Assembly (NCBI GenBank): GCA_039586795.1
Contig: JBDHJS010000002.1
Coordinates: forward strand, 114,546-178,545
Direction: 5' to 3'
From: Gemmatimonadota bacterium
GTDB lineage: Bacteria; Gemmatimonadota; Gemmatimonadetes; Palauibacterales; KS3-K002
Length of the DNA stretch: 64,000 nt
Below, in pieces: positions 46,556 to 56,215 of the stretch; position 1 is the stretch's first letter, and each line of letters begins with the position of its first letter. The position numbers and the translations under genes were made by a program. The notes beneath the pieces were generated by a model. That model saw only the letters and a list, made by a program, of their open reading frames with translations, made no database searches and was not told where the DNA came from.

Positions 46556-47455
46556 CTAGTTGAGGCCCAAGAACGCCACGCTGGTCGGGTTCATGAACAG
46601 GATGGCTACCTTCTCGATGAAGGTCGTACCATTTCTCCTCATCCGCTGCGTAATCATGTGGACAGCTTCTCCTAGAATCGCGCCGGTCGTCGGCGTGATG
46701 ATGAGGTCCTGAATACTCGGCTGTTCTGCAACCGCCTCGAAGGCGTATTCCCACTGGGTCGACATGAAGGCGCTGAAGAAGAAGGAGCCAAACCAGCCCG
46801 CTCCCTGGCATCGCACGGTGTTGTAATAGACGCTGCCGCCGTACGGGTGACCGACGTAGTTGTGGAACCAGTGGTCCCCGTCCATCACCGGCGGCTGGCT
46901 CCAGGCCCTGTTCAGGTTGCGCAGACCGTCCTCGACGAAATCGTCGTGCCAACCCGTCCATTCCTTGGGGGCTGCCATCGTGACCGCGAGTAGACCGACC
47001 TCCACCGATGTGATGAGTGCCCAGCCCTTGAAGAACTGCTTCGCGAAATCCGAATTGTAGAGTTCGGCCGCGTCGGCGGAGTACAGGGTGGCCATTCCGT
47101 CAAACGGCTCTGCGTACGAGCGGTAATACATGAGCTGGAGCTGTTCCTTAGGCCCGGCGAGTTCTTCGATCTCGCCTTTCCCGGGGAGCAGTGGTGGCTG
47201 AAGGGCTGGAAGCCAGTTGTAGTCGGGTCGGAGCCTCGACGCGGAGGGTACGTCGATTTCGGTGTCCCAGTAGCCGCCATCCCAGAGGCCGCGGGGGCCG
47301 TTTGGGCGCACGGAGGCCGAGGTCGGAGCGTGGGAGGGGGGATCGGCCCACACACCCGCTTTCACGACCAACACCTCTTGACTTGAACAGGGCGTCGCCC
47401 AGACGCAAAACGCCAGTCCTAGGGCCACACACCTAAGAGATTGTCTAGATACCAT
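46556..47455 (-). CDS. DUF3943-like exported/membrane protein
   Basis: Signal peptide; DGDHWFHNYVGHPYGGSVYY...WEY..EA..EQPSIQDLI.T. Confidence 0.8.
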   Translation of the reverse strand: MVSRQSLRCVALGLAFCVWATPCSSQEVLVVKAGVWADPPSHAPTSASVRPNGPRGLWDGGYWDTEIDVPSASRLRPDYNWLPALQPPLLPGKGEIEELAGPKEQLQLMYYRSYAEPFDGMATLYSADAAELYNSDFAKQFFKGWALITSVEVGLLAVTMAAPKEWTGWHDDFVEDGLRNLNRAWSQPPVMDGDHWFHNYVGHPYGGSVYYNTVRCQGAGWFGSFFFSAFMSTQWEYAFEAVAEQPSIQDLIITPTTGAILGEAVHMITQRMRRNGTTFIEKVAILFMNPTSVAFLGLN

Positions 47456-47669
47456 TCGTTCTCCCGGGGCCAACACGGGTTGGCTACATTCTAGCAAGTC
47501 CGGCGGTCCGCGGCTACGGGTGCCGATCGGCAGAGAAACCGCATAGGGCCTGTGGAGGAGGCTTGCTCAGATAACGAAGTGAGGGGTAATTGCGGGAACT
47601 CCAGTCGGGGCCCAAGGTTTGTACGGGATGAGCCAGGTTGAGCGCGACGGAGCAGGGCGAGGAAGCTTT

Positions 47670-48530
47670 ATGACCAGGTTACCAGCGATGTTAGCGGCGG
47701 TGGTACTGTTTGTGCCGGGATATCCGTCCCCTACGGTGGCACAGTCGTTCGATCATGCGGTTCTCGATACGGTGCTCGTCCGCTTCGTGCGGGACGGCCG
47801 CGTGGATTACACGGCGCTTAAGATCGGGCGGGAGCCCCTGGACGCCTATCTGGATCAGGTTGCGTCTGTGGCGCCAGATGAATTCGCCGGTTGGCCGGAA
47901 GCGGAACGCATCGCCTTCTTGCTCAATGTCTACAACGCATACACGCTTCAGACGATCATCGACAACTATCCGATCAAAGCGGCGGGGTTCTTCAAGAAGT
48001 TGACGCATCCGAAACTGTTCGCGATGCCGGACAACTCGATCCGCCAGATTGACGGCGTATTCGATGGCATCAAGCATGAGGTTGCCGGTCGGGAGCTAAC
48101 GCTAGACGAGATCGAGCACGGTACTTTGCGTTCGGATTACAACGAACCGCGGATCCACTTCGCGCTTGTCTGCGCTGCGGTGAGCTGTCCGCCGCTGCGA
48201 GAAGAGGCGTATAGCGGTGAGCGGCTTGATGAGCAGTTAGATGAACAGGGCCAGCGGTTTCTAAACGACCCCCGCCTCAACCGGATCGAGATTGACGGTG
48301 GGCGGGTGCATCTCTCAAAGATCTTCGAGTGGTTCGGTGAGGACTTCCACCAGTTCGCCCGAGACGGGGTTGGCTACGCGGGCGACGAGTCGATCAACGG
48401 AGTGCTGACGTTCGTGTCCCGCTACTTGTTGGATAGAGATGTTGTGTTTCTCGAGGGCGGTGAATACAAAGTCGACTTTCTGAAGTACGATTGGACCCTG
48501 AACGACCAGGCGATCGCGGCTGTCCGATGA
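47670..48530 (+). CDS. DUF547 domain protein (exported)
   Basis: GRVDY, AFLLNVYNA, LTLDEIEH, EPRIHFALVCAAVSCP, LSKIFEWF..DF, YDWTLN. Confidence 0.9.
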   Translation: MTRLPAMLAAVVLFVPGYPSPTVAQSFDHAVLDTVLVRFVRDGRVDYTALKIGREPLDAYLDQVASVAPDEFAGWPEAERIAFLLNVYNAYTLQTIIDNYPIKAAGFFKKLTHPKLFAMPDNSIRQIDGVFDGIKHEVAGRELTLDEIEHGTLRSDYNEPRIHFALVCAAVSCPPLREEAYSGERLDEQLDEQGQRFLNDPRLNRIEIDGGRVHLSKIFEWFGEDFHQFARDGVGYAGDESINGVLTFVSRYLLDRDVVFLEGGEYKVDFLKYDWTLNDQAIAAVR

Positions 48531-50647
48531 GGCGCTACCTGTGCGCCGTTATCGCCCAGTTGGCGATCGCGATAGCGATTGCTCCTCCAGCTTTCGGGCA
48601 GGCCGTATCCGGTCCGATTCCTTCATTTCAAGATGGTGACTCGAGACAGGATGGTTGGAATGGTCCTCGGGCGATGGAGCTCATCCATCGAGCGATTGAT
48701 CGGCGAAGACGCTGGGCGGTCGACAGTGATCTAACGGATTATCGGGCTCACGCCCGTGGCCATATCTACTTTCTCTACGATTTGGGTTCCAATACAGAGC
48801 GGCACCTGATCAAGGCTGACCAGTTGGCGCTCGATCTCTACTGGCGCAGTCCAAACTGGGCGCGTCAGGTCATCGTTGGCCGTCGCGAGCTCAAAGTCCT
48901 TCCCACGAACGTCCGCTACCATCTGGACCATCTTACGGTGGTGATGGATAACTATGCCGATCTGATCCACATGGGCGAAGGCGCTGAGGTTCGTGATGTT
49001 CGCCATCCGACGGCGGTGGGCGCTGTTGCGGTGTACGAGTACCGGCTTGCCGACTCTCTTACGCTGGTCATGCCGCAGCGAGAGATCCGGGTGTACAGAG
49101 TCGATGTACGGCCGGAAGATCCGACTGAGGCTGCGATCGTTGGGTCCCTCTACCTCGACCGGACGACGGCCGACATCGTCAAGATGGAGTTCACGTTTAC
49201 TGCGTCCTCCTATATCGATGACACGGTGGACTACATCAACGTCCACCTCGAGAACGCGATGTGGCAGGGGCAGTATTGGCTCCCGTATCGGCAGGGTATC
49301 GAACTGCGTCGCGAGTTCGAGGTCCTGAAGTTCCCAGCCGGGAGTATCATCAGAGCGGAGCTAGGCATTCGGGATTACGAGTTCAACACATCGTTCCCCA
49401 CACCGGCATTCCGGGTCCGCGGTGTCGCGTCGATGCCCAGAGACTCACTGGAAGCGTTTCAGTTCGAGGAGGGGCTTTACGATGCGCTGGATCCGGATGT
49501 AGCGCTTACCTCGCCGTCGCTGAAGGAGATTCGTGATGAGGCGACGCGCATCGTTTCTGAACGATATCTGCGAACGGTGCAGCCTATGCGGTTCGCCGTG
49601 CCGGGAGCTTCATCGGTGTTCCGCTACCGCCGAGCCGAAGGACTGTACCTCGGGCCCGGGATCCACTTCGGGTTGCCACGAGGTGGAGACTTCTTGGTAA
49701 TGGGTGGCTACGCCGTGGGTGCGAAGCGAGTCGAGCTGGAGGGGAGGGTCAGGGTTCCCCTACCCGGTTCGCTCGAGATTGGAATTCTGGGCTACTACCA
49801 GCGCGTAGAAGACACATCGGCATGGCCCGCGAGCTCGGGCGCCGTGGCAACGCTTGCAGCCCTGGCGGAAGGTGATGACTTCCGGGAACCCTACTGGTAC
49901 AGCGGTGGACGCCTGTTCTTTAATTGGCCGCTCCTCGCTTCTCGCGGCCGAGCGCTAGTGGCGTGGGAGAGTTGGGAGGCTGCGAGTTTGGAGGCAGAAG
50001 AGCTGTTTGCCACATATCGGCCGGTGCGGCAGCTGGACGAGGGTGAGGTCGTACGACTCGAGCTTGGTCTTGACCGGCCGCCGGTAGCGGCGGTGGGAGA
50101 GGTCGGTGGTGCGAGTTGGAGCGTGCGCGTGGATGCGGCGAGTCCGACGGTTGGCGGAGACTTCGAGTACGTGCACGCTACGCTCGACGCCCAGCAGTTC
50201 TGGCCGTCACTGGTCGCGAGGGTGGGGCTGCGGCTTTCCGGTGCGGTTGGTGGGGTTGGTGGAAGTCGGATTCCGGCGCAACGGTTGTTCCCGACTGGCG
50301 GACGGGGGAGCGTGCGGGGCTATGCGTTCCACAAGTACGTTGGCAACCTGTATGCTACGCTCGGGATGGAACTGTCGCGGCAGATCCACTATCCCTACAT
50401 CTCAGGCATCCTCTTCGCCGACGCCGGTTGGGCCGGGATCGAAGGAGAGAGCGCCGGCGCGGCGGTGGCGCGATGGAACCGAGTGGGCGCGCAGGCTGGC
50501 GCGACGGATGGTGCGATCGTCGGTGTCGGTGCCGGTGTGGCCCTCTTCTTCGACATCATCCACCTGGACATAGCTCGAGGGGTGTCGGGTGGTGGGGAGT
50601 GGGAGTTCATCTTCAGGGTCAGGCGCGAGTTCTGGCCCTGGCTGTGA
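48527..50647 (+). CDS. Hypothetical outer-membrane protein (LolA-like N-terminal region plus Omp85-like C-terminal barrel)
   Basis: Signal peptide, YWLP, FRYRRAEGLYLG, GG.GSVRGY, alternating beta-strands; ATGA overlap with DUF547. Confidence 0.65.
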   Translation: MRRYLCAVIAQLAIAIAIAPPAFGQAVSGPIPSFQDGDSRQDGWNGPRAMELIHRAIDRRRRWAVDSDLTDYRAHARGHIYFLYDLGSNTERHLIKADQLALDLYWRSPNWARQVIVGRRELKVLPTNVRYHLDHLTVVMDNYADLIHMGEGAEVRDVRHPTAVGAVAVYEYRLADSLTLVMPQREIRVYRVDVRPEDPTEAAIVGSLYLDRTTADIVKMEFTFTASSYIDDTVDYINVHLENAMWQGQYWLPYRQGIELRREFEVLKFPAGSIIRAELGIRDYEFNTSFPTPAFRVRGVASMPRDSLEAFQFEEGLYDALDPDVALTSPSLKEIRDEATRIVSERYLRTVQPMRFAVPGASSVFRYRRAEGLYLGPGIHFGLPRGGDFLVMGGYAVGAKRVELEGRVRVPLPGSLEIGILGYYQRVEDTSAWPASSGAVATLAALAEGDDFREPYWYSGGRLFFNWPLLASRGRALVAWESWEAASLEAEELFATYRPVRQLDEGEVVRLELGLDRPPVAAVGEVGGASWSVRVDAASPTVGGDFEYVHATLDAQQFWPSLVARVGLRLSGAVGGVGGSRIPAQRLFPTGGRGSVRGYAFHKYVGNLYATLGMELSRQIHYPYISGILFADAGWAGIEGESAGAAVARWNRVGAQAGATDGAIVGVGAGVALFFDIIHLDIARGVSGGGEWEFIFRVRREFWPWL

Positions 50648-50659
50648 CTGCAGTCGCGT

Positions 50660-53437
50660 CTAGTCAGCCTTCGTCTCGTACCAGGTGTGGCCGGCGCCCA
50701 TATCGACAGCGATGGGCACCGACAGGTCGAGCGCGCCCTCCATCTTCGATTTGACGAGAGTCTTCAGGTCGTCCAGCTCGTTCTCGCTTACCTCGAATAG
50801 TAGCTCGTCGTGAACCTGAAGGATCATCTTGGCACTTCCACCACGCTCGGCCAGCTGCGCGTGGATGTTGATCATGGCGAGCTTGATGAGGTCGGCGGCC
50901 GTTCCCTGGATCGGCGAGTTGGTGGCAACGCGCTCGCCGAAGTTTCTCTGATTGGGATTCTTGGAGTTCAGTTCTGGTATGTATCGGCGGCGTCCGAAGA
51001 GCGTCTCGACAAAACCCTGATCCCGAGCTGTTTCGACTTGCCGGTCGAGGTATTCGCGAATCGAAGGGAAGCGCTCGAAGTAGGCTCTGATGAACTCACG
51101 GGCTTCGGCGACGCTGATGCCGAGCTGCCTACCAAGCGCGACCGGGCCCTGCCCGTAGATCGTCGCGAAGTTGACCGTCTTCGCTTGCGCGCGCTGTGCT
51201 GGCGATACCGCGTCGACCGGCACGCCGAAGATGAGGGCTGCGGTGTCCCTGTGAACGTCGCGGCCGGCGTTGAACGCCTCGGTGAATGCGGGGTCGCTGG
51301 AGAGATGTGCGAGTATTCGTAGTTCGATCTGCGAGTAGTCGGCGCCGAGTAACAGCAATCCGTCGCCTGGGACGAAGCCTTTGCGAATCTCGGCGCCCAG
51401 CGGAGTGCGAATCGGAATATTCTGCAGATTGGGTTCGGAACTGGAGAGTCGTCCCGTGGAGGTAACCGTCTGGTTGAACGAGGTGTGAATTCTGTCGGTC
51501 TTAGGGTCGGCAAGCGCTGGCAGCGCGTCGACGTAAGTCGATTTGAGCTTGGCCAACTCGCGGAATTCGATGATCAGGCGCGGCATATCGTGGCCTTCGG
51601 CGGCGAGATCCTCGAGCACTTCCGCGTCGGTTGAGGGTCCGGTCTTGGTTCGCTTCTTCACCGGCAGTCCCAATTGATCGAACAGAATATCGCGCAACTG
51701 AAGAGGCGAATTGATGTTGAACTCGCGACCGGCAAGCTTGTAGATCTCTTCTTCGACGAGCTTGAGCTCGCGGTCTATCCGCTCGGCCATAACGGAGAAG
51801 AATTGACGATCGATCGCCACGCCCACTCTTTCCATCTCGGCCAGTACCGGCATGAGCGGCATCTCGATCTCGTTGAACAGCCGCCGCAGGTCGAAATCAT
51901 CCAGCTGGCGCGCCAATCGCTCATCAACCCCAAGCATCGCCGCCGCGCGTTGGGCCGAGAAGCGAGCGGCGCGCTCGGGCGGAATATGTGAGAAGGGAAC
52001 CCGGGACTTCCCTTTCCCGCAAAGCTCCTCGTAGGACATCAACGTCGTCCCTAGCTCCTCGAGAGCGATGGACTCGAGGTCGTGCTGGCGACGACCCGGG
52101 TCGAGGCAATAGGACGCGATCATCACGTCGCGCATCGGACCGCGCACGGGGACGCCCGCTGTGCTCAGCGTCAGGATCGCTTGTTTGAGATCGTGTCCGA
52201 CGATCTCGATCGTGTCGTTGGCCAGCAGATCGCGCACCGGACTGATAGCCTTCGCGTCCAGCTCGGGCAGGTTCCCGACCTCCTTCTCCCGGACGTCGTC
52301 CAGCGCGAGTTCGCCGGGCCGACCGGCCGCCACGTGAGCGAGCGGCAGATAGGCCCCCTGGCGCGGATCAACGGCGAGGGATAGCCCGACAAGCCGACCG
52401 GCGCCCTGGCCGTCGGCCCGTACATCGATGCCAACGCGTCCGGCGGAGCGTGCGGCGGTGACGATGGCTGCCACCCGTTCCGGGTCGGTTACGAGTTCGT
52501 GCTCTGTTGTTGCAGCCGCGGGTCGTGAGGGAGACGATTCGGCGGGCGCGAAGTCGCGGACCAGGGAGTGGAACTCGAGCTCCAGAAAAAGATCGCGAAG
52601 CAGCTCGTGGTCCGGTTCGCCTACACGGAGCGCATCGAGCGCGAAGTCGACGGGGACATCCGTTCGGATCGTCACGAGCTCCTTGGACAGCCGCGCATCA
52701 TCGGCGTGTTCTTTGAGAGCTTCGCGCGCCCGCTTTTGCGTAACGTCATCGGCATGGGAGAGGATGCTCTCCAGTGCCCCGAACTGGGTGATGAGTTGAA
52801 CCGCCGTCTTGGGGCCGATGCCACGGACGCCCGGGATGTTGTCCGACGAGTCACCAACCAGAGCTAGATAGTCGATGACGCGTTCAGGTGGCACGCCGAG
52901 TCGTTCAACGGCGTTCGACTCATCAACGAGCTCTTCGCCGATCGCGGCGGGGCCTCCGCGCCCCGGGTTGAGCAACGCTACGCCGCCGCCGATCAGCTGA
53001 TAGAAGTCCTTGTCTCCGGATACGATGACGACCTGAAGGCCTTGATCGGCAACCTGCCGAGCGATGGTGCCAATGACGTCGTCGGCCTCGAAGCCGCGGA
53101 CTTCGATAGTGGGGATGTGGAATCCTTCGAGAATCTGACGGATTCGATCCATCGCCGTATCGAAGTCTTGCTGCAGCGTTTCGTCGAGCTTTTCGCGGGT
53201 CGCCTTGTAGTCCTCGTAGACCTCGTGTCTGAAGGTCTCGTCACCGCCCGCGTCGAAGATGAAGCCGATGAAATCGGGCTTTCGTTCGGAGAGCACCTTG
53301 CGGATGAACTGCGTGATTCCCCAGGGCGCAGAAGTGTTTTCGCCGTGGGAAGTGCGGAGCGGCCGGCTGATCATCGCGTAGAAAGCGCGATAAACCAGGG
53401 CGTGGCCATCGACCAGGTAGACCGTCTGCTTCGACAT
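50660..53437 (-). CDS. polA: DNA polymerase I
   Basis: LVDGH..VYRA, EADD, GDKD, GDSSDN, TGRLSS..PNLQNIP, DYSQIELR, AKTVNF, QGTAAD, QVHDE; start at MSKQ. Confidence 0.98.
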   Translation of the reverse strand: MSKQTVYLVDGHALVYRAFYAMISRPLRTSHGENTSAPWGITQFIRKVLSERKPDFIGFIFDAGGDETFRHEVYEDYKATREKLDETLQQDFDTAMDRIRQILEGFHIPTIEVRGFEADDVIGTIARQVADQGLQVVIVSGDKDFYQLIGGGVALLNPGRGGPAAIGEELVDESNAVERLGVPPERVIDYLALVGDSSDNIPGVRGIGPKTAVQLITQFGALESILSHADDVTQKRAREALKEHADDARLSKELVTIRTDVPVDFALDALRVGEPDHELLRDLFLELEFHSLVRDFAPAESSPSRPAAATTEHELVTDPERVAAIVTAARSAGRVGIDVRADGQGAGRLVGLSLAVDPRQGAYLPLAHVAAGRPGELALDDVREKEVGNLPELDAKAISPVRDLLANDTIEIVGHDLKQAILTLSTAGVPVRGPMRDVMIASYCLDPGRRQHDLESIALEELGTTLMSYEELCGKGKSRVPFSHIPPERAARFSAQRAAAMLGVDERLARQLDDFDLRRLFNEIEMPLMPVLAEMERVGVAIDRQFFSVMAERIDRELKLVEEEIYKLAGREFNINSPLQLRDILFDQLGLPVKKRTKTGPSTDAEVLEDLAAEGHDMPRLIIEFRELAKLKSTYVDALPALADPKTDRIHTSFNQTVTSTGRLSSSEPNLQNIPIRTPLGAEIRKGFVPGDGLLLLGADYSQIELRILAHLSSDPAFTEAFNAGRDVHRDTAALIFGVPVDAVSPAQRAQAKTVNFATIYGQGPVALGRQLGISVAEAREFIRAYFERFPSIREYLDRQVETARDQGFVETLFGRRRYIPELNSKNPNQRNFGERVATNSPIQGTAADLIKLAMINIHAQLAERGGSAKMILQVHDELLFEVSENELDDLKTLVKSKMEGALDLSVPIAVDMGAGHTWYETKAD

Positions 53438-53468
53438 GTGAGGGTGAATATGCTGCCATGTGGGGCTC

Positions 53469-53504
53469 AAAAAAAGCTCGCCCGGATGGGCTATCCGGGC
53501 GAGC
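53469..53504 (-). terminator. Rho-independent terminator of the csp gene
   Basis: 12-bp stem GCTCGCCCGGAT/ATCCGGGCGAGC followed by T7 on the minus strand. Confidence 0.9.
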
Positions 53505-53526
53505 AACGGCCGAGTGAGAGAGGCCG

Positions 53527-53727
53527 CTACACCGACTCTACGTTCGCAGCCTGTAGACCTTTCTCAGTCTGTCGCAGCTCGAACTCCACTTCCTGGCCTT
53601 CAGTCAGGGTCTTGAACCCTTCCATGTTAATGGCCGAAAAGTGGACAAACACATCCTCGCCGTCGGATTGTTCAATGAAACCATATCCCTTGGCATCATT
53701 GAACCACTTGATACGCCCCCTGGCCAT
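53527..53727 (-). CDS. cspA: Cold-shock protein
   Basis: [29 protein letters not shown]. Confidence 0.95.
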   Translation of the reverse strand: MARGRIKWFNDAKGYGFIEQSDGEDVFVHFSAINMEGFKTLTEGQEVEFELRQTEKGLQAANVESV

Positions 53728-53801
53728 CCACACTACCTCCTGCATGGGTAAGAACTTTTGAATCTACGACGCGCCCACGATAGTGATGGAGTGAGAGTCT
53801 G

Positions 53802-56165
53802 TCAACGTGCCTGTTTCGGATTTGCTTCGGGCGTGTTTGCGGCCTCGCGGCTGCCGATTTGGTCGCCGTAGAGGTACCGATAAATGCGCACCTGCCGTTG
53901 CACACCGCGCACGTAGTTGCGCGTCTCTGAGAGAGGGATGCGTTCGACAAAGAGTTCGGGATCGATGGCGTACTCCGGACGCTCGCGCCAGCGACGCGCT
54001 CTGGTCGGGCCCGCATTGTAAGCGATGAGGGAGACTTGCAGATCATCGTAGCGCCGCAGCAGGTCGGCGAAATAGGCGGCTCCGAGGTGAACGTTGATCT
54101 CCGGGTGGAATAGCAGGTCGTCGCTGTAGTCGGGAATCTTGAGGCGACCCGCCCACCAGCGGCCGGTCGATGGCATGATCTGGAGCAGGCCGCGCGCGCC
54201 GGCGCGAGAGACCACATCGGGTGTGAACGCGGACTCCTGTCGAGCGATGGCGGCGACGAGTATCGGGTCAACTTTGGAGGCTTCGGACTCGGCCCAGATG
54301 ATTTGCTCGAAGCTGAGGGGGTAAATGGCGCGAAGCACGCTGGCGCTCCAACGGCCGCGCAGTCGGGCATGCACCGTCCAGCCAACTCTAACCGCTCGAT
54401 CGCCGAAGCCGTATTCGACGAGGGCGGCGGAAAGACCAAGAAGGTCCTCCGGCTGCTTCGGCCGCGAGCTCATCATGGCATCGAACGCGGCGGTCGCCTC
54501 GTCATCCAATCCAGCGCGCCCCAGCAGTTCGATCAGGTCGAGGGTGGCTCTGACCTCCTCGTCTACCGGGGCCGGATCCGGTCCGGGCTCGAGCCCGGAC
54601 CAGGGATCGATGCCGACGCGCTCGGCGGCCAGCAGCCCGTAGTAGCCAAACGGATCTCTACCGTACGTCTCGCGGAACAGGCGTTCGGCGCCGGGCTCTT
54701 CGTCTTCGCCCAACTCTAGCCGTGCCTTAGCCGCCCAATAGGTGGCCCGCAGCTGGAGATCATCTTTGCGACCCGCGCGTCGCAAGCGGTCGAAATACGC
54801 CTTGGCGGTTTCGTGGTCACCGTCCATGAAGGCCAGAATGCCCAACCGGTAACGGGCGCTGCGAGCGGTTGATGTGCCGCTGTAGATCTCGACGAGCTCT
54901 TCGTAGACCGCCCGCGCCTGTGGGATGTTCCCGGCGCCTTCATAGAGATCACCGAGCAGCCAGAGTGATCGAAGAGCGGAGGCGCTGCCCGGATGGTTGT
55001 CGGCCACGCCTCTCAGGCGCGCCCGGCCTTCGCGGCGCCAGCCGCGCCGGTAGGTTGCCCGAGCGATGTAGTACTCCGCTCGTGCCGTGGTCGCTGAATC
55101 GACGTCAGTCTCGACTAGAGCCTGCAGGTTCCTGATCGAGGCATAGTAGGAGCCTCCACGAAACAGAAGCTCACCGATCTTCAGTTGGAGACGCTTGCTT
55201 TCAGACTGGGGGACGTCCGTAAGATCGAGATATTTCCGGTACTCTTCGGCGGCCTGGCGCGGAGCGCCCGAGCGCTCGAAGGCCACGGCGAGGTTCAGAT
55301 GGTCGTCGGCTCCGACTCCCGGCAGGATCGAAAGCAGCTCCGCCGCCTCGCGCGAGTGTCTAGGCTGGGAGCGTATTGCCGTTCGGAGGGCGCGCATCGC
55401 GCTGGCCGTATCGCCTGTGGCGAGCAGGTGCTTTGCCGCTCTGGCGCGAAACACGCCGGCGTCATTCCCGGCGGACTTTGAACGCGCCGCCTCCAAAAGA
55501 ACGCGCACGGCACCCTCGAGGTCGGCCGCCCGCTCGTAGGCAGTTGCCGCCGCTTCGGTGCGTCGCGAAAGCGGCGCGTCGGTTGCCCGGTCGAGCAGTT
55601 CCGCCACGGCGGCGGTATCTCCAATGCCGGCCAGGCTCTCGGCAGAGCGAATCGCCGACCATGGGTCCAGTGAGGGCATCGTTGCCGAAGCGCGGCCGTA
55701 GGCGGCGGCGGCTTCCTCGGCCCTGCCCAGGGCGTCCATCGCTCTCGCCAATCCAATCTCCGCCAGCGCTCGAGGCTCTCGCTCGAGGGCGTAGCCGAGA
55801 AAAGCGATGTAGTCGTTCACTGCCCGACCGTACTGGCCGGTTTCGAGTCTACCGCGGGCCAACAGCGCTCGGCCCTCTCCGTAGCTGATCGAGTCGAGCC
55901 AGGTGGTGCCGCTGAGGCGGCCGACGACCCTCTGCCAGGCGCCGCGACCGGCGTCGGCCCGGGCGGCGAGCAGAGCGCCTTCCGGGGTGCCGAGGGCGTC
56001 GCTATCAAGCCTTCGTAGCAGCTGGGCGGCATACCAGTGACGTCCCTGGACGAGTGCTTGTTCAACCTCGGCGAGGGGGTCATCCGGATCGCGCGCGTGC
56101 AGCGCCACCGCGCCTAGCACGGAGGCGACGAAGAGGCTCGCGGCGTAGAGTCGAGTACGGCGCAT
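53802..56165 (-). CDS. slt: Soluble lytic transglycosylase with TPR repeats
   Basis: Signal peptide, TPRs, RQES, GARGLLQIMP, AYNAG, ETRNYV. Confidence 0.9.
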   Translation of the reverse strand: MRRTRLYAASLFVASVLGAVALHARDPDDPLAEVEQALVQGRHWYAAQLLRRLDSDALGTPEGALLAARADAGRGAWQRVVGRLSGTTWLDSISYGEGRALLARGRLETGQYGRAVNDYIAFLGYALEREPRALAEIGLARAMDALGRAEEAAAAYGRASATMPSLDPWSAIRSAESLAGIGDTAAVAELLDRATDAPLSRRTEAAATAYERAADLEGAVRVLLEAARSKSAGNDAGVFRARAAKHLLATGDTASAMRALRTAIRSQPRHSREAAELLSILPGVGADDHLNLAVAFERSGAPRQAAEEYRKYLDLTDVPQSESKRLQLKIGELLFRGGSYYASIRNLQALVETDVDSATTARAEYYIARATYRRGWRREGRARLRGVADNHPGSASALRSLWLLGDLYEGAGNIPQARAVYEELVEIYSGTSTARSARYRLGILAFMDGDHETAKAYFDRLRRAGRKDDLQLRATYWAAKARLELGEDEEPGAERLFRETYGRDPFGYYGLLAAERVGIDPWSGLEPGPDPAPVDEEVRATLDLIELLGRAGLDDEATAAFDAMMSSRPKQPEDLLGLSAALVEYGFGDRAVRVGWTVHARLRGRWSASVLRAIYPLSFEQIIWAESEASKVDPILVAAIARQESAFTPDVVSRAGARGLLQIMPSTGRWWAGRLKIPDYSDDLLFHPEINVHLGAAYFADLLRRYDDLQVSLIAYNAGPTRARRWRERPEYAIDPELFVERIPLSETRNYVRGVQRQVRIYRYLYGDQIGSREAANTPEANPKQAR

Positions 56166-56215
56166 TCAAACAGTCCAGTTGTTGCGGGGGCGGCGCGGAC
56201 TGGGACTAGCGGAAG

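Noticed and set aside
53438..53506. N-terminal extension of PolA in the ORF track (similar extensions for RND, OppF, OppD, SDR, PP2C)
   Set aside because: The extensions run through terminators or upstream genes; downstream ATGs match family N-termini and RBS/overlap patterns.
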